Positions 35,919-47,147 of a stretch of 63,573 bases of DNA are shown here, in pieces; within the stretch, counting starts at the first letter, position 1, and each line of letters begins with the position of its first letter. The notes beneath the pieces are model-generated. The model saw only the letters and a program-made list of their open reading frames with translations, made no database searches and was not told the origin of the DNA. The DNA comes from Chara braunii (taxonomy: Eukaryota > Plantae > Charophyceae), in NCBI GenBank assembly GCA_003427395.1, contig BFEA01000036.1:869024-932596 (forward strand). Reading direction: 5' to 3'. Both the position numbers and the translations under genes were made by a program.

Positions 35919-38214
35919 GTGTGCCTCTTGCGGTTTGCTTTTTTTTTTCTATATTTGTTTTGCAAAGTGCGCTTTAAAGTGCGAGAAAAGCCAACATAAA
36001 GAAGCAACTAAGATAAAAGGTAAAAGAACGGTTGCAGTGTGTCTCATGCGATTTGCTTGTTTTGACATTCGCTTTGCAAAGTGCGCTGTTTTTAGGTAAT
36101 AGATGCGTGTATATGATTATTGAGGCGCATTGTATCATTCAATTTTCGGCAATCGAAAACTCCCGTGTCGCTGATTAGTAATCGTGCGCAGAGCATGCGC
36201 AGGCAGAGCCTGTGTTTTGCAGAAATGTCACCGGGGTTGCATGTTGAGACATATACACAAACAGGCAAGGGCACGTGCATGTATCAAAGAATGGTAGATC
36301 AAGCCTTCACGAAAAGTATGTTCTTTCATTTAGCAGTTCGGAGTGCATGCTCATTTGCTACGTTTCAACGGGGGCCATGTTCAGGTCTCTGTCCCCAGCA
36401 AAAGTGGGATATGTAACCCACTTTTGCTGGAGACAGAGACCTGAACATAGCTTCTCTTAAAAGTTGGGCAAGTTGTAGGGTAATGTTGTGCACCGTGAGC
36501 AAAGGCGACTCGTAACAGCTAGGCCATCGATCAGCTCTTCATCAATCAGCTTCTTCTTTTTTTTTGTGAAGTGTTCCACGAAGTCTTGTGTGGTAGCTTT
36601 TGAAGTGTTCAGCTAAGGGTCGGACCCCACTACTGTGCACACAACCTCTATCTGAAAAATTTCGAGTCCTGTGAGGCAGCTTTTGAGGAGTTCAGCGAAG
36701 GGTTGGACCCCATGACCGTGGGCACCTCTGCACGACAATTTTCGAGACTCAACATTCTTCGGCAGCAAACGGCCCAACTGGTCAGCAACTACGTGGCAGA
36801 TGTTTGCACTCAGTTCTGCACAGCCGTTTGCAATGGCAATGGCCGTCCCGAGGGAGGAGGGGGGAACCCGTCTCTTCCTGTTAGGCCCTGCCGTGTGGAA
36901 AGAAGACCCAGGGATTTGATGAGGGCAGAGACAGCCGGAGGCCTGTTTTCTGTGTAGGGGAGGCTTTCCCTATTGGGTAACCCGGTGAGAGAGAAACCTG
37001 CCGGAAAGTCTTGCTGCGGTGGGCTCTCGTTGTCTTCGCCCACTGAGATTGTGGTCTAAGATTTTGGCGTGCGGACGTTGTCCATATGCACGGCAGCCGC
37101 CATGCAGTGGGGTCCAAGACTTGAACCACCAGCACCTCACTCAGCTATGCAGTCCGACCCTCGGGCGACCCTCGGGCGACCGGTATGCGGAACCTGCCGA
37201 GACTGGAGGTACCAGTAGCCAGCGGACCAGTAAAAAAAAAAAAAAAAGAAAAAAAAAAAAACACAAACAATGCTAGTGACGAGAATGCAGTTGGGTACAT
37301 TACGTGAAGTGGTAGTGAGAGCATGCTCTCAATGAGGGCGTGAGAATCTAGAAAAAAAAAAAGACAAAAAAAGACAAAAAAAGACAAAAAAAAAAAAGAA
37401 AAGAAACATCCCGTGTTGTCAGAATCTTGAAAGCAAAGGAGACACAAACAAAGGAAGTGCTGTTTTGGCCTTGAAACGGGGCTGGATACATCCGTCAATG
37501 TGCCAGTTGGACTGTTGCCCTGAACGAGGGCGTCTGCACTTATCACGGAAACGCCCTGCCTCGCTGGCAGGGAAATCTAAAGAAAGGAAACTGGATTTTC
37601 AAAACAAAAAATGAAACAAATAACAGAATGAACCTGACCGATATAGCTGTGAGATACACCATGCAAAGAAACCAAGTTGCCACGGCCTCTAGAAGTACCT
37701 CTCCGGACATCAGGGAAGTCCGAAAACTTGCAAAAACTGCCAAAAAGTAGATATTTTTTTTGTTTTTTTCTAATCCCGTTTTCTGCCCACTTTCTCTGCG
37801 ACCAGACGTTCACTGCAACGATCCCTGTCTGACCCGGCGCGTTAACGGCCGCGTCGGAGAAATATAGCTGGGCGAGGTACTGGTGGTTGAAGTTCTCTCC
37901 TCCTGGGTAGTGTTTGGTTGTACTAGATGTTTTTGCTCAGGACCCATTGCCAAAGAACGGTTGTCGAAATGGAAGAAAAAGGAAAACTGGTGGCATGCTG
38001 TGTAACATTCTGCGGAAGTTCTGCCTATTGAAGATGGGGGGCCACACGGGGCTATGAGTGGTGAAGTCTTGAGAAGGCGGTTTTACTTTCCATGTGTTGC
38101 TTTGTTGGGCAACCTTCTGCCTATATATAAGATGGGGTGCATATGGCAAGGAGTGGCATTTTTTTGAGAAAGTGTGGTTTATTTTCATATGTTCCTTTGT
38201 TGAATAGCTAGCTA

Positions 38215-38562
38215 CCTGCTGTCGTCACCCGAATAGAACGCCTGGTCATTATCGCTACATCTGAACTTAACAATGCCCCAAATACAGCTATAATGACTGG
38301 GCGGTATGTTCGGGTGAAGGCGGTAGTTGTCAATAAGTATTGAATACAATGTGTGGAGTTTGTACTTTCTTGAAATTTTGTTATAAACTTGTAGTATGTG
38401 GTCATTTGTTATCGTATAGTATGTGGTCGTTATCGCTGCATCTGGACTGAAAAATGCCCCAAATACAGCTATAATGACTGGGCGTTATATTTGGGTGAAG
38501 ATGGTAGTCGTCAATAAGTATTGATTACAATTTGTGGAGGTTGCACTTTCTTGAAATTTTGT
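38215..38562. mobile_element. Diverged copy of the same foldback MITE plus a local tandem duplication
   Basis: GTCGTCACCCGAATAGA...GTTCGGGTGAAGGCGG|TA at about 38220-38323; the right half and flank repeat at about 38425-38562. Confidence 0.75.
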
Positions 38563-39057
38563 CACTAGTATAGCATGCGGCTCTTGGCTGTCGGTCGTTT
38601 GTGACACTCCTTGTTTCTTACTCGTGGCACCGAGAATTTCTGTAATCGTTAGCTGACAGGCCTGGTGATCTTCTGTGCTTGTCTGTTTTCCACCCTGCCT
38701 TCTGGTTTTCCTTTCCACGCAGCTTTATGCTTATTCAAGCAGCCCTCCTACTCCTCCAACACTATTTTGGGTCGCGGTGCTTCATACCACGACAGGTAGC
38801 TGGCCACAAACCATTTTCAATTTTTCATCCATTTTTAGTTTTATGAATTTGTATTCACCTTTTGCATTTCTGAATGTTGTACCCTTTTTGTTTTTTTTAG
38901 GAAAGACACAGGAATAACTGGTATGATTGTCACCGAGAGGGCTTCTACGGACGGTTCCACCCCTACCTATTAGTTGCAAAATGAACAAGTAAATAAACTT
39001 TAAAGTTGCTTTCCTCTCTTCGTTTAAACTGGAGGGGGAAATGAAGTAGTAAATTGA

Positions 39058-39443
39058 CAAAAAGAAAAGGAAGAGCACTGGGACTTGTGTTTAAACTTTA
39101 AAAATTGCTCTCCTCTCTTCATTTCTTGCTTCGCAGCCACTTAACAAAAAGAAAAGGAGGAGCACTGGGACTCGTGTTTAAACTTTTAAACTTTAAATTT
39201 TTTTCTCCTCTCTTCATTTCTTAGTTCACATCCACTTAACAAAAAGAAAAGGAAGAGCACTGGGACTTGTGTTTAAACTTTTAAACTTTAAACTTTAAAA
39301 TTGCTCTCCTCTCTTCATTTCTTACTTCACAGCCACTTAACAAAAAAGAAAAGGAAGAGCACTGGGACTTGAGTTTAAACTTTTAAACTTTAAACTTTAA
39401 AAAAAAAATTGCTCTCCTCTCTTCATTTCTTACTTCACAGCCA
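39058..39443 (+). repeat. Minisatellite with ~90-100 bp units, 4 copies, with expanding TTTAAAC subunits
   Basis: AAAAAGAAAAGGAAGAGCACTGGGACT...TTTAAACTTT...CTCCTCTCTTCATTTCTT...CAGCCAC. Confidence 0.9.
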
Positions 39444-40280
39444 CCCTGTGCATTTGTTTTTCTGCATCTGTTGACCGGGAGGGAATCGATCAACATTGGT
39501 CTGTTTCTTTGACTCTGTTCTTGGTTGGTGCTCTTGTATACATTGCAAGTGCAGCTTGCATTAAGAGCCCGATTTCTGGCGCCGCTTGTGTGGCTGTCAG
39601 AGTGGAGCCTTTTTTCCCCATTCGCTGGGTGCTCAACATCTCATACGAGAGAATTTAAGATGTTTATGCCCAGCTCAGCCTCGGCTATCTATGTCTGGGG
39701 CACTGTTTGTGTTCGGCACAACAGCACTTGGCTGCAAGTCACAAGCTTATACTTCTGTACTCTGCATGTTGCTTGAGAGTCGGGAACATCCATAAGGACC
39801 GGTGCAATAGCAACCGGAGTGCTGCTCCCCAGAATGGACAAGTAGCTCGGGCCATAAGGACCTGTTTAAACCAGCAGTTCATCCGAAGCAGAGTGTACTT
39901 CTCTTGCTGGGTTACATGGTAGGACTCCGTAGGAGCATCTCGATCTGGGGCTGGGCTGGTAGCGAAAGCAACAGGCCACTTTGAGAAGATGCATGTGCAG
40001 GCGTAGGGGGCCTTGGAAGGTGTTTTTTTTTTACTTAGGCTCGTGTGAACTGGTGGAAAAAAGGATCAGGAGCAGCCTTGGTCATTTGATCATGGTCCTG
40101 ACTCCTGACATGTATTCTGGCAAAATCTTTTTTTTTTTTTTTTTTTTTTTCCAAACAGCCCTGTCATTTCCAATATAACAGCAAGGGGGGGCGGATACCC
40201 CACATAAAGACCGGGTCTGTGAGGATTACCCGGTCAAATCTATTCATGGTGGTTTTGTGAACTTGTGTCCCTTGCTGCAG

Positions 40281-40427
40281 TGCCTGCCTGAACGATACAG
40301 TTACTTCAGAAGCGTTGATCGAAGCACTATTCAAGGTGTAGGCGCCGAGGATGGGTGTGGAATAGACTGTGTCATCTGCATGGCTCCTGTGGAGATGTCC
40401 CAAAGGCGGTCTCAACGTGAGCGAATG
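40281..40427 (+). CDS. TUL1: TUL1/FLY1-like exon CLPERYSY...DCVICMAPV...RERM (first half of the RING)
   Basis: ctgcAG acceptor, GTatgt donor; LPE(K/R)Y and DCVICM motifs. Confidence 0.93.
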
Positions 40428-41274
40428 GTATGTATGGAGTGGAGTATATACTATATATGCTTGCTTGTCACCTTCTCTGTAACTTGTCAAAAATGTTTAG
40501 CTACCATCGGACAACCGGGACACGTAGGAAATCCAGAATTCAACAATCAAAGCATAGGAAAGGCAGGATCAAAACGTTGGCAAGGTAAAAAAAAAAAAAA
40601 TAGGTAGTGTGAGGTGAAATTGAGAGAANNNNNNNNNNNNNNNNNNNNNNNNNNNNNNNNNNNNNNNNNNNNNNNNNNNNNNNNNNNNNNNNNNNNNNNN
40701 NNNNNNNNNNNNNNNNNNNNNNNNNNNNNNNNNNNNNNNNNNNNNNNNNNNNNNNNNNNNNNNNNNNNNNNNNNNNNNNNNNNNNNNNNNNNNNNNNNNN
40801 NNNNNNNNNNNNNNNNNNNNNNNNNNNNNNNNNNNNNNNNNNNNNNNNNNNNNNNNNNNNNNNNNNNNNNNNNNNNNNNNNNNNNNNNNGGGAAACTAAG
40901 GTCTATTGGTGACATTCTCTGAGCTTGAGCCTAGGTGATGTCCCGTTTCTGTGTTCTTTTCTTTTCCAAGAATTTGAGGGCAGAGAAGGAAAAAAGGGGG
41001 GAATGGAGAGAGAGGGGGGATGAAAGGAAGGTCCAAGAGAAGGAAATGAAAAGAACGATAAAATAACAGTAAACAGTAACAGTAACAGTCGATTTTTTAT
41101 TTTTTTTCTATTTTTTCAAGCATCGCTACCACTGTTTGGTTGTGTTCTTTTGCCGGTGCTGATCTTTGTCCTTTGTTAAGTCAGTTGATAATCCTCTTGT
41201 GTTTATTGATTCTCAATGTCACTGGTGCTTTTCCTTTTGAGCTTTGAGAGCCTAGATGTGACCGGGAAGTGACA

Positions 41275-41340
41275 ACTGGTCTAGCTCTGTTAGTACACCC
41301 AAGAGGTGTTGAAATACAGACCCAGGTTCAAATCCAGATG
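41275..41340 (+). mobile_element. SINE family 2 tRNA-like head (tail not visible)
   Basis: CTGGTCTAGCTCTGTTAGTACACCC...TGTTGAAATACAGACCCAGGTTCAAATCCAGA. Confidence 0.7.
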
Positions 41341-41384
41341 GGGAAGAAAAGCAAACGAAGTGTGAGGGTATTCTGTTGCAAGCC

Positions 41385-41479
41385 TGTCCTTCGGGACATC
41401 CGTTAAAATTGGAACGATACAGAGAAAGAACATTAGCATGGCCCCTGCGCAAGGATGACACGCATAAATCGAGAAATGG

Positions 41480-41517
<38 letters not shown>
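41385..41517 (+). pseudogene. U6: Full-length U6 retrocopy with an A30 tail and an 11-bp TSD
   Basis: TGTCCTTCGGGACA...GGTCCAAATT plus A30; TSD TGTTGCAAGCC at 41374-41384 and 41518-41528; 4-nt insertion just after the ACAGAGA box. Confidence 0.96.
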
Positions 41518-41519
<2 letters not shown>

Positions 41520-42641
41520 TTGCAAGCCGGCCATCCGTTGATCCAAACAGAGTGTTCAATGTTATTTTGCGTGGTTGGCCACTGGACGATTACCGTCGTT
41601 GTCTGTTCCCCAATGTTGCCCTGTGATTGGGCTGGGCTGCCAGGGGAAGCCATCCAGGCAGTGGTGCAGGTTGCGGAGTCATCTGCCCGTCCAAGGTACT
41701 CCAGGCATGTAAAAACTGGAGAATTCTTTTTTTTTTTTTCCGCCAGGGGTAGAAGAAAAATAAAAGGTCTCTTTTTTTGCCACTGAAAGCAGGAGCCCAA
41801 ATCCAGGCTCTTTTTGGTTTTCCAGTGGTGTCCATTGGGGGTGGGGGTATAAATGGAGCTTGAAAATGATCGGAGGGGTGTAAAATGGGGTGCCTTCTTT
41901 TTCGTCTTCAGTTCATTAAGGAATTCTGGGGTGACCTGCAGCCAAACGCCGTTTGCATTGCACCTCTACTCAAAAATAGGTTTTTCCAAATTGTTTTAGC
42001 TTTTAATTTCTATTTTATGTACTTTTTCCTGTGCCAGTGTTGCCCTGGACCTCGCTCAGAGACTGTGTGGCAAGGCAACTGTGTCTGTCGATGGGCACAA
42101 AATTTGTGCCTGGGCACATGGAAAAGTGCTGCAGGCCATTGGGTTTTGGGAGAGTACCGACATGGCTGTGCAGCATTTGTGTGTCGATAAAAGAATTTCA
42201 GTTTTCAATGCTACCTGTTTTGGACTCTGTTGGCTAGCCAGCAAGATCTGCTGGGGGGAGGATGATTCAGAGGAAATCTTGTCGTAAAGTTGGGCAGACA
42301 AGGTGATTCCCAGGGGTGATCATCCGACCGTATTTACGGGCGGCCGGACCGGGATGTACATGACCACAATTACGTCCAGAAACAAGTGAAAACTTACTAA
42401 AAAGAGTCCTATTGTGAGTAGGCTTGTATTTCGAAGAATCACCGTGCGGTTATGTTTAGGGTTTTTGCATGTGTGCTTCATCACAATGCAGGAAGGTGTG
42501 TTATTCTGTTTTTTTGGGAAGGGGGTTCCGACATCTACATGTTTGTCAATGCATCTAATATTCCAAGCATCTTCGCGTTTTTTTGGGGGGGGGTCTGATG
42601 TCTACGTTTTGGTGGGACATCTCCATGTGTGACGTCTGCAG

Positions 42642-42743
42642 GTGACTCCTTGTGACCACGTCTTCCATGCAAACTGTTTACAGCGTTGGATGGATGTCAA
42701 GATGGAATGCCCAACTTGCCGGAGGCCCTTGCCCCCAATATAG
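42642..42743 (+). CDS. TUL1: TUL1/FLY1-like terminal exon VTPCDHVFHANCLQRWMDVKMECPTCRRPLPPI* (RING-H2)
   Basis: tctgcAG acceptor; C-x-H-x2-H-x2-C...CPTC completes a C3H2C3 RING; TAG stop at 42741-42743. Confidence 0.96.
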   Translation: MTPCDHVFHANCLQRWMDVKMECPTCRRPLPPI

Positions 42744-42869
42744 TTTCAGCGAGGAGAGATTATATTCTGTCTGGAGGTATTATGTTAGTGTATATGCATC
42801 TGCTGCTTGTCTGCATGGCTGCGCACCTGTCTGTCTGCTTTTCTGCCTCGCCGCCTGCTTGCTTCTTAA

Positions 42870-43295
42870 ACCGCCAGTTCACATGGAGCCTAAGTTGAAG
42901 AAGCTAACCTTCCTAGGCTCACAAGCCTGCAACTACGCCTTCTCAAAGTGGCTTACTCTGCTTTGGCTGAACTAGCCGTTTGAGGTGATGTCAAGCAGGT
43001 GGGACTGGGACTGGGACTGGGTTTCCAGCCTGTGATGGGACGCAGGAACAGAGGCGGTTTAGAAAGGTACAACGCTGGAGGACTGGGTAAACAGGTAAGA
43101 GCCCTACTCTGCGTGCTTGGGGTGAACTGGTGGTTTAAGGGGATGTCAAGCAGGCGGGTATCGACTGCCCGCCTGTAATGGATTCCAGGAACTGGGAGGG
43201 TTTAGGGAGGTAAAAGCCTTGAGGAGCTAAAAAGAGTGTTGTCGTGTACAGGCTCGTAACGGTGGCACTCTGCGTGCTTGGGGTGAACTGGCGGT
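42870..43295. mobile_element. TTAA-flanked TIR element with a duplicated right end, in the TUL1 3' region
   Basis: TTAA|ACCGCCAGTTCAC; GTGAACTGG(T/C)GGT|TTAA at 43134 and 43295; ~160-bp tandem unit over about 42984-43420. Confidence 0.72.
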
Positions 43296-44444
43296 TTAAG
43301 GTGATGTCAAGCAGGCGGGATCCGATTGCCCGCCTGTAATGGATTGCAGGAACTGGAAGGGTTTAGGGAGGTAAAAGCCTCGAGGAGCTAAAAAGAGTGT
43401 TGTCGTACAGGCTCGTAAAGGTGGTAGCCACTGGGATAGCAGCAGTCGGATACTCGTGGGAATTTATGTTGGGGGGAAAAGTTGAAGGACAGTTTGTAGG
43501 AGGTAGAGAGAAGTGGCTGTGGGGAAAGGTGGGGAGAGGGAAGAGGAGTGGCAATAGTTCGGTGGGTGGTTAGGTGGGGGTGAAGGGGCTGCTGGTACAC
43601 ATGCGAACAGGGTTTCAATTGATTGTCGAGAAAGTGTCCAGGTGACTTGTGTCCTATGAAGATGCGTATGTATTCTTCGAGACCCTGTGCAGCTGTTGCC
43701 GAGTCTAGGTCTGTTTCTTACCTTATCGTTCTACAGACCGATATTCATGATATTATATTCTCTTTTCCTTGCTGTATCCGTCGCTTCAATATACCCTGAT
43801 CAGTCTCTTTGCTGATTTATGGACAGACTCGTTGCATGATTTTGGTTGCAACGGCTGGTTGTGTAGCATCTTGGTTTCCTTTCCTCCACTTTGTTTCCTC
43901 TCTGTTTCCTCCACTCGTTGCATGATTTCGGTATAGGAGCGTTGGCGCTCATCAAGCGCATTGTATTGATACCAGTTTGTAGTGAATTTGTTTGTTTGGA
44001 CTTTAGGGTCTGCCTTTAGAGGAATCGGCACCTATGGAGGAAGCAGCAGCTGTTGATGGGTTCGGAGCTACATGATTATGGATTATGAATTTGTCCATTG
44101 ATTGAAGCCAGATGTTTTCCCATGGTGGTAAGTTCAAATTCTTTCACCAGGCACAGATGATTCATTCTAATTTCTAAAAGAGTTGTAAAAAGACTGAGGG
44201 GAACCGTAATTTAGTATTTGTTTGGTTGCCAACTGTCATTTACCCTAGTGGCAAATGCCGCAAGTCTCAGATCCATTACCCATCTCCTAGAAGACTCTTT
44301 GCACCCAAGACCTGTCACGAACGCCCTGTCACGAAAGCCATCATGGTTATCTCATTATAGTTACTCTGTTACATTTCGCTTAATCATGCGAACGATTGCC
44401 AAATATAATATGGGTGCGTATAGAAAGGGTCCCCACTTCACCCT

Positions 44445-44521
<77 letters not shown>

Positions 44522-45095
44522 TGTGTGTTTGTGACCCTCGCCGTGCGTGCTCTGAAGACTTGGTCGCTGGAACGTTTTGACGTTCAAGGGTCGAGGTCGG
44601 TGGCATGTGTGGGTGTTTTCTCAGTTGGCAATTTAAGTAGGTATGGCGAGGTTGGGAAATGAGTCCCAAGGTGATCCCTCATATTTACATACATCCATAA
44701 TGTGACAGCACACTTTCATCCTCCTCACTTCCGAACGGCTCCTGAGGATCCATGTCAAGGAGTCTTGTAATGCCAGGGTGGTTTTGCAATTGTCAACCAA
44801 AATGGTTCGGGAAGGGACAGTTTTAAATTGAACGGGACAGGATAGAGAGGGTGTCTCGGTCAGTTTCTTTTGAATCACGTCATCGACGAGTATGGGGCGT
44901 AGCAGTCTCTCCGTTTCACTGTTTTAAAAAGCAACAATGTAGGCAGGATTTTTGGTTTGGGTTTAAATTTTGACACCTGTCCGTGGTATGGTGCCCCCTT
45001 AACTGCCCATCGCCACTCCTTCCCTGTCCCCTTGTTGTCTCATCGAAGAAAGAAAAGAGAAGACGTGCGTCTAATGTTCTAATAAGCATGTGAGA

Positions 45096-45147
45096 GGGAC
45101 ATCTAATAAAATTGTAATGATGCAGAGAAGACTAGCATGGCCCCTGC
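45096..45147 (+). pseudogene. U6: Degenerate, 3'-truncated U6 fragment
   Basis: GGGACATCTAATAAAATTGTAATGATGCAGAGAAGACTAGCATGGCCCCTGC. Confidence 0.8.
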
Positions 45148-45456
45148 AAAAGAGAGGAAGCAAGAAATGATGCGAGGGGGTGTCTGTCCTGAGGTGATAT
45201 GAATTAATGTCATGGTTTCGATATTTCTCAGACATAATGTCTTTACGCTTCAACATATAAGCTGCTGGAGTTAGCATTGTCTGTTGCATTTCAGTTTTTA
45301 ACTCTTTGACAGGTTTGCATACGTTGATTTGATCAGCAGCCAGCTTTGGCAAGGTGCAATGCTTTTTACCTATATCCCTCTCAGATGGCCTTTTCAGTTC
45401 CACTCTGTTTATTTCTCCCTCTCCCTCAGATGGTTATTTCAATTCCATTGTGTTAA

Positions 45457-45609
45457 ACCACCAGTACTTCCTAAAGTCATGCCCGTTAATGCGCAACGAT
45501 TTTAGGAAACGTACGGGCCACTACAGGAGCGACCAAATTCATCCGACTAGAAATGGTTCACTTTTTTTTTTTTTCGCGGCGGCCAATAGCTGGGCCAAGT
45601 ACTGATGGT
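45457..45609. mobile_element. TTAA-flanked TIR element (153 bp)
   Basis: TTAA|ACCACCAGTACTT...AAGTACTGATGGT|TTAA; shares GCGGCC(G/A)ATAGCTGG with the 7737 copy. Confidence 0.8.
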
Positions 45610-46941
45610 TTAAGTTGTCGGCAGCTTGTTGATGTTTGCAGCAATGCCTTTCTCTTTTTCTGTGCTGTTTGGGTCCCATGACTGCAAGGTTCCCGAATGC
45701 TGACAAACGAAAAAAGGTCGTCCTTGAACCACCACTACCTCTACCACTCCTGGGGAAACCTCCTGTTTTTTCCGTCTCGGGGATCGGACGGACGACGCTC
45801 GGCAGTTGGGTCTTGTGGGGGCGCGTCTGAAAAACAATAAGAAAAGCAAAAATCCATGTCGGGGAAGGCCGTGACTCGCTCGCAAGAATCTGACGACTAT
45901 TGCGGCCAGATTCAGGTTTTCATTGTTTGTCTTTCTATTTTAGTTGTGTTGGTGCCCTGCCAGCCAGCCAGGCCACAGTTCATGGGATGCTGACACTTTG
46001 TGCAGGAGGGCATACCTGCACAACTACTATGCTGAATGTATGTGGCCCCTTTCCTCCCCTATGTTCAGTTTCGATTTTCTTTGTGCAAGACTGCCTTGGA
46101 AGCAGAGTCATGAATCCATCTCATGGCTGGAATCATGTGCCATAAAGGAAATGCATAGAACAGGATCATTTTCACGTGATCTCAGCTGTGATTGCCAATG
46201 ACAAGCTCTTCGTCGACCTCTGGAGACTTGTTCGTTTCTCCTTTGCTGGGAGGCACTCCGATCCTCCTAAAGCTAACTTTATTGTACGCGTAAACGCCGT
46301 CAACCGCGGTGCTTCAGTCGCCACAGTGTGTACAGTGAGTCAACGGCAGCAAGAGGAGAATGCTAGCATCCCACCTCCGTCGGCCTCCGAGGAATTTCCC
46401 GGTGCGGAAGAGAGGTGTAGGGTAAGGAACTGCGGATTTCTGCTTCGAAATTGGCTGGCAAACAGGTATTCAGGAGGCAGAGATATTGGCGTGTGCGGAC
46501 AGGGAGTTGGCAACCGCACTGACCGTTTGGAAATCTCGCGCAGAATGAGCCGTGGTGTGAATTTGATCCAAACACATCCTGTGTCATGGCACGTGGAGGC
46601 AATTGTAAATCTGTGAGCAGGACATCAAATTGCGACAAGAAGTTGCATTGCAATTTTCAGTCTTGATTGAACCTGTTGGAGCATTCAGACTTACTTTCAG
46701 AATAGAACTGGTTGGCAAACTTGGATAATTGTCAGAAAAGACCTCACCCATCGGGTAGTGCCGATCCTGAACCTGGTCAACTCCTGGTCCCAAATACATG
46801 CGCATTGTGTGTGTGTGTGACCTCACAGCCCATCCAAAACTAAGGAAACATTGCCAGTGAAACCACATACTGCTGACCTGGCAAGCTTCCTAAAAAATGC
46901 GTTTCGAATTCGACACTCCCTGCCTTGCCTGAAATGCAAGC

Positions 46942-47147
46942 TCAGTGGGTACACCCAAGAGCCTAGCTCAGTGGGTGCACCCATGAACTGTTGAAAACAC
47001 AGACCCGTGTTCGAATCCAGATGATGGAACCCCTTGATGAGTAAAGTTGTAAAACCAAACAATGTTTCTGAATTGCCTGGGGCCGGTCAGATTAATGATG
47101 ATAACTCAAGGCCGTCGCCCTTTTTTTTGAAAAAAAAAAAAAAAAAA
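46942..47147 (+). mobile_element. SINE family 2, full length, duplicated A-box segment, poly(A), 10-bp TSD
   Basis: AGCTCAGTGGGT(A/G)CACCCA occurs twice; B box GTTCGAATCC; shared tail; TSD AAATGCAAGC at 46932-46941 and 47148-47157. Confidence 0.88.
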
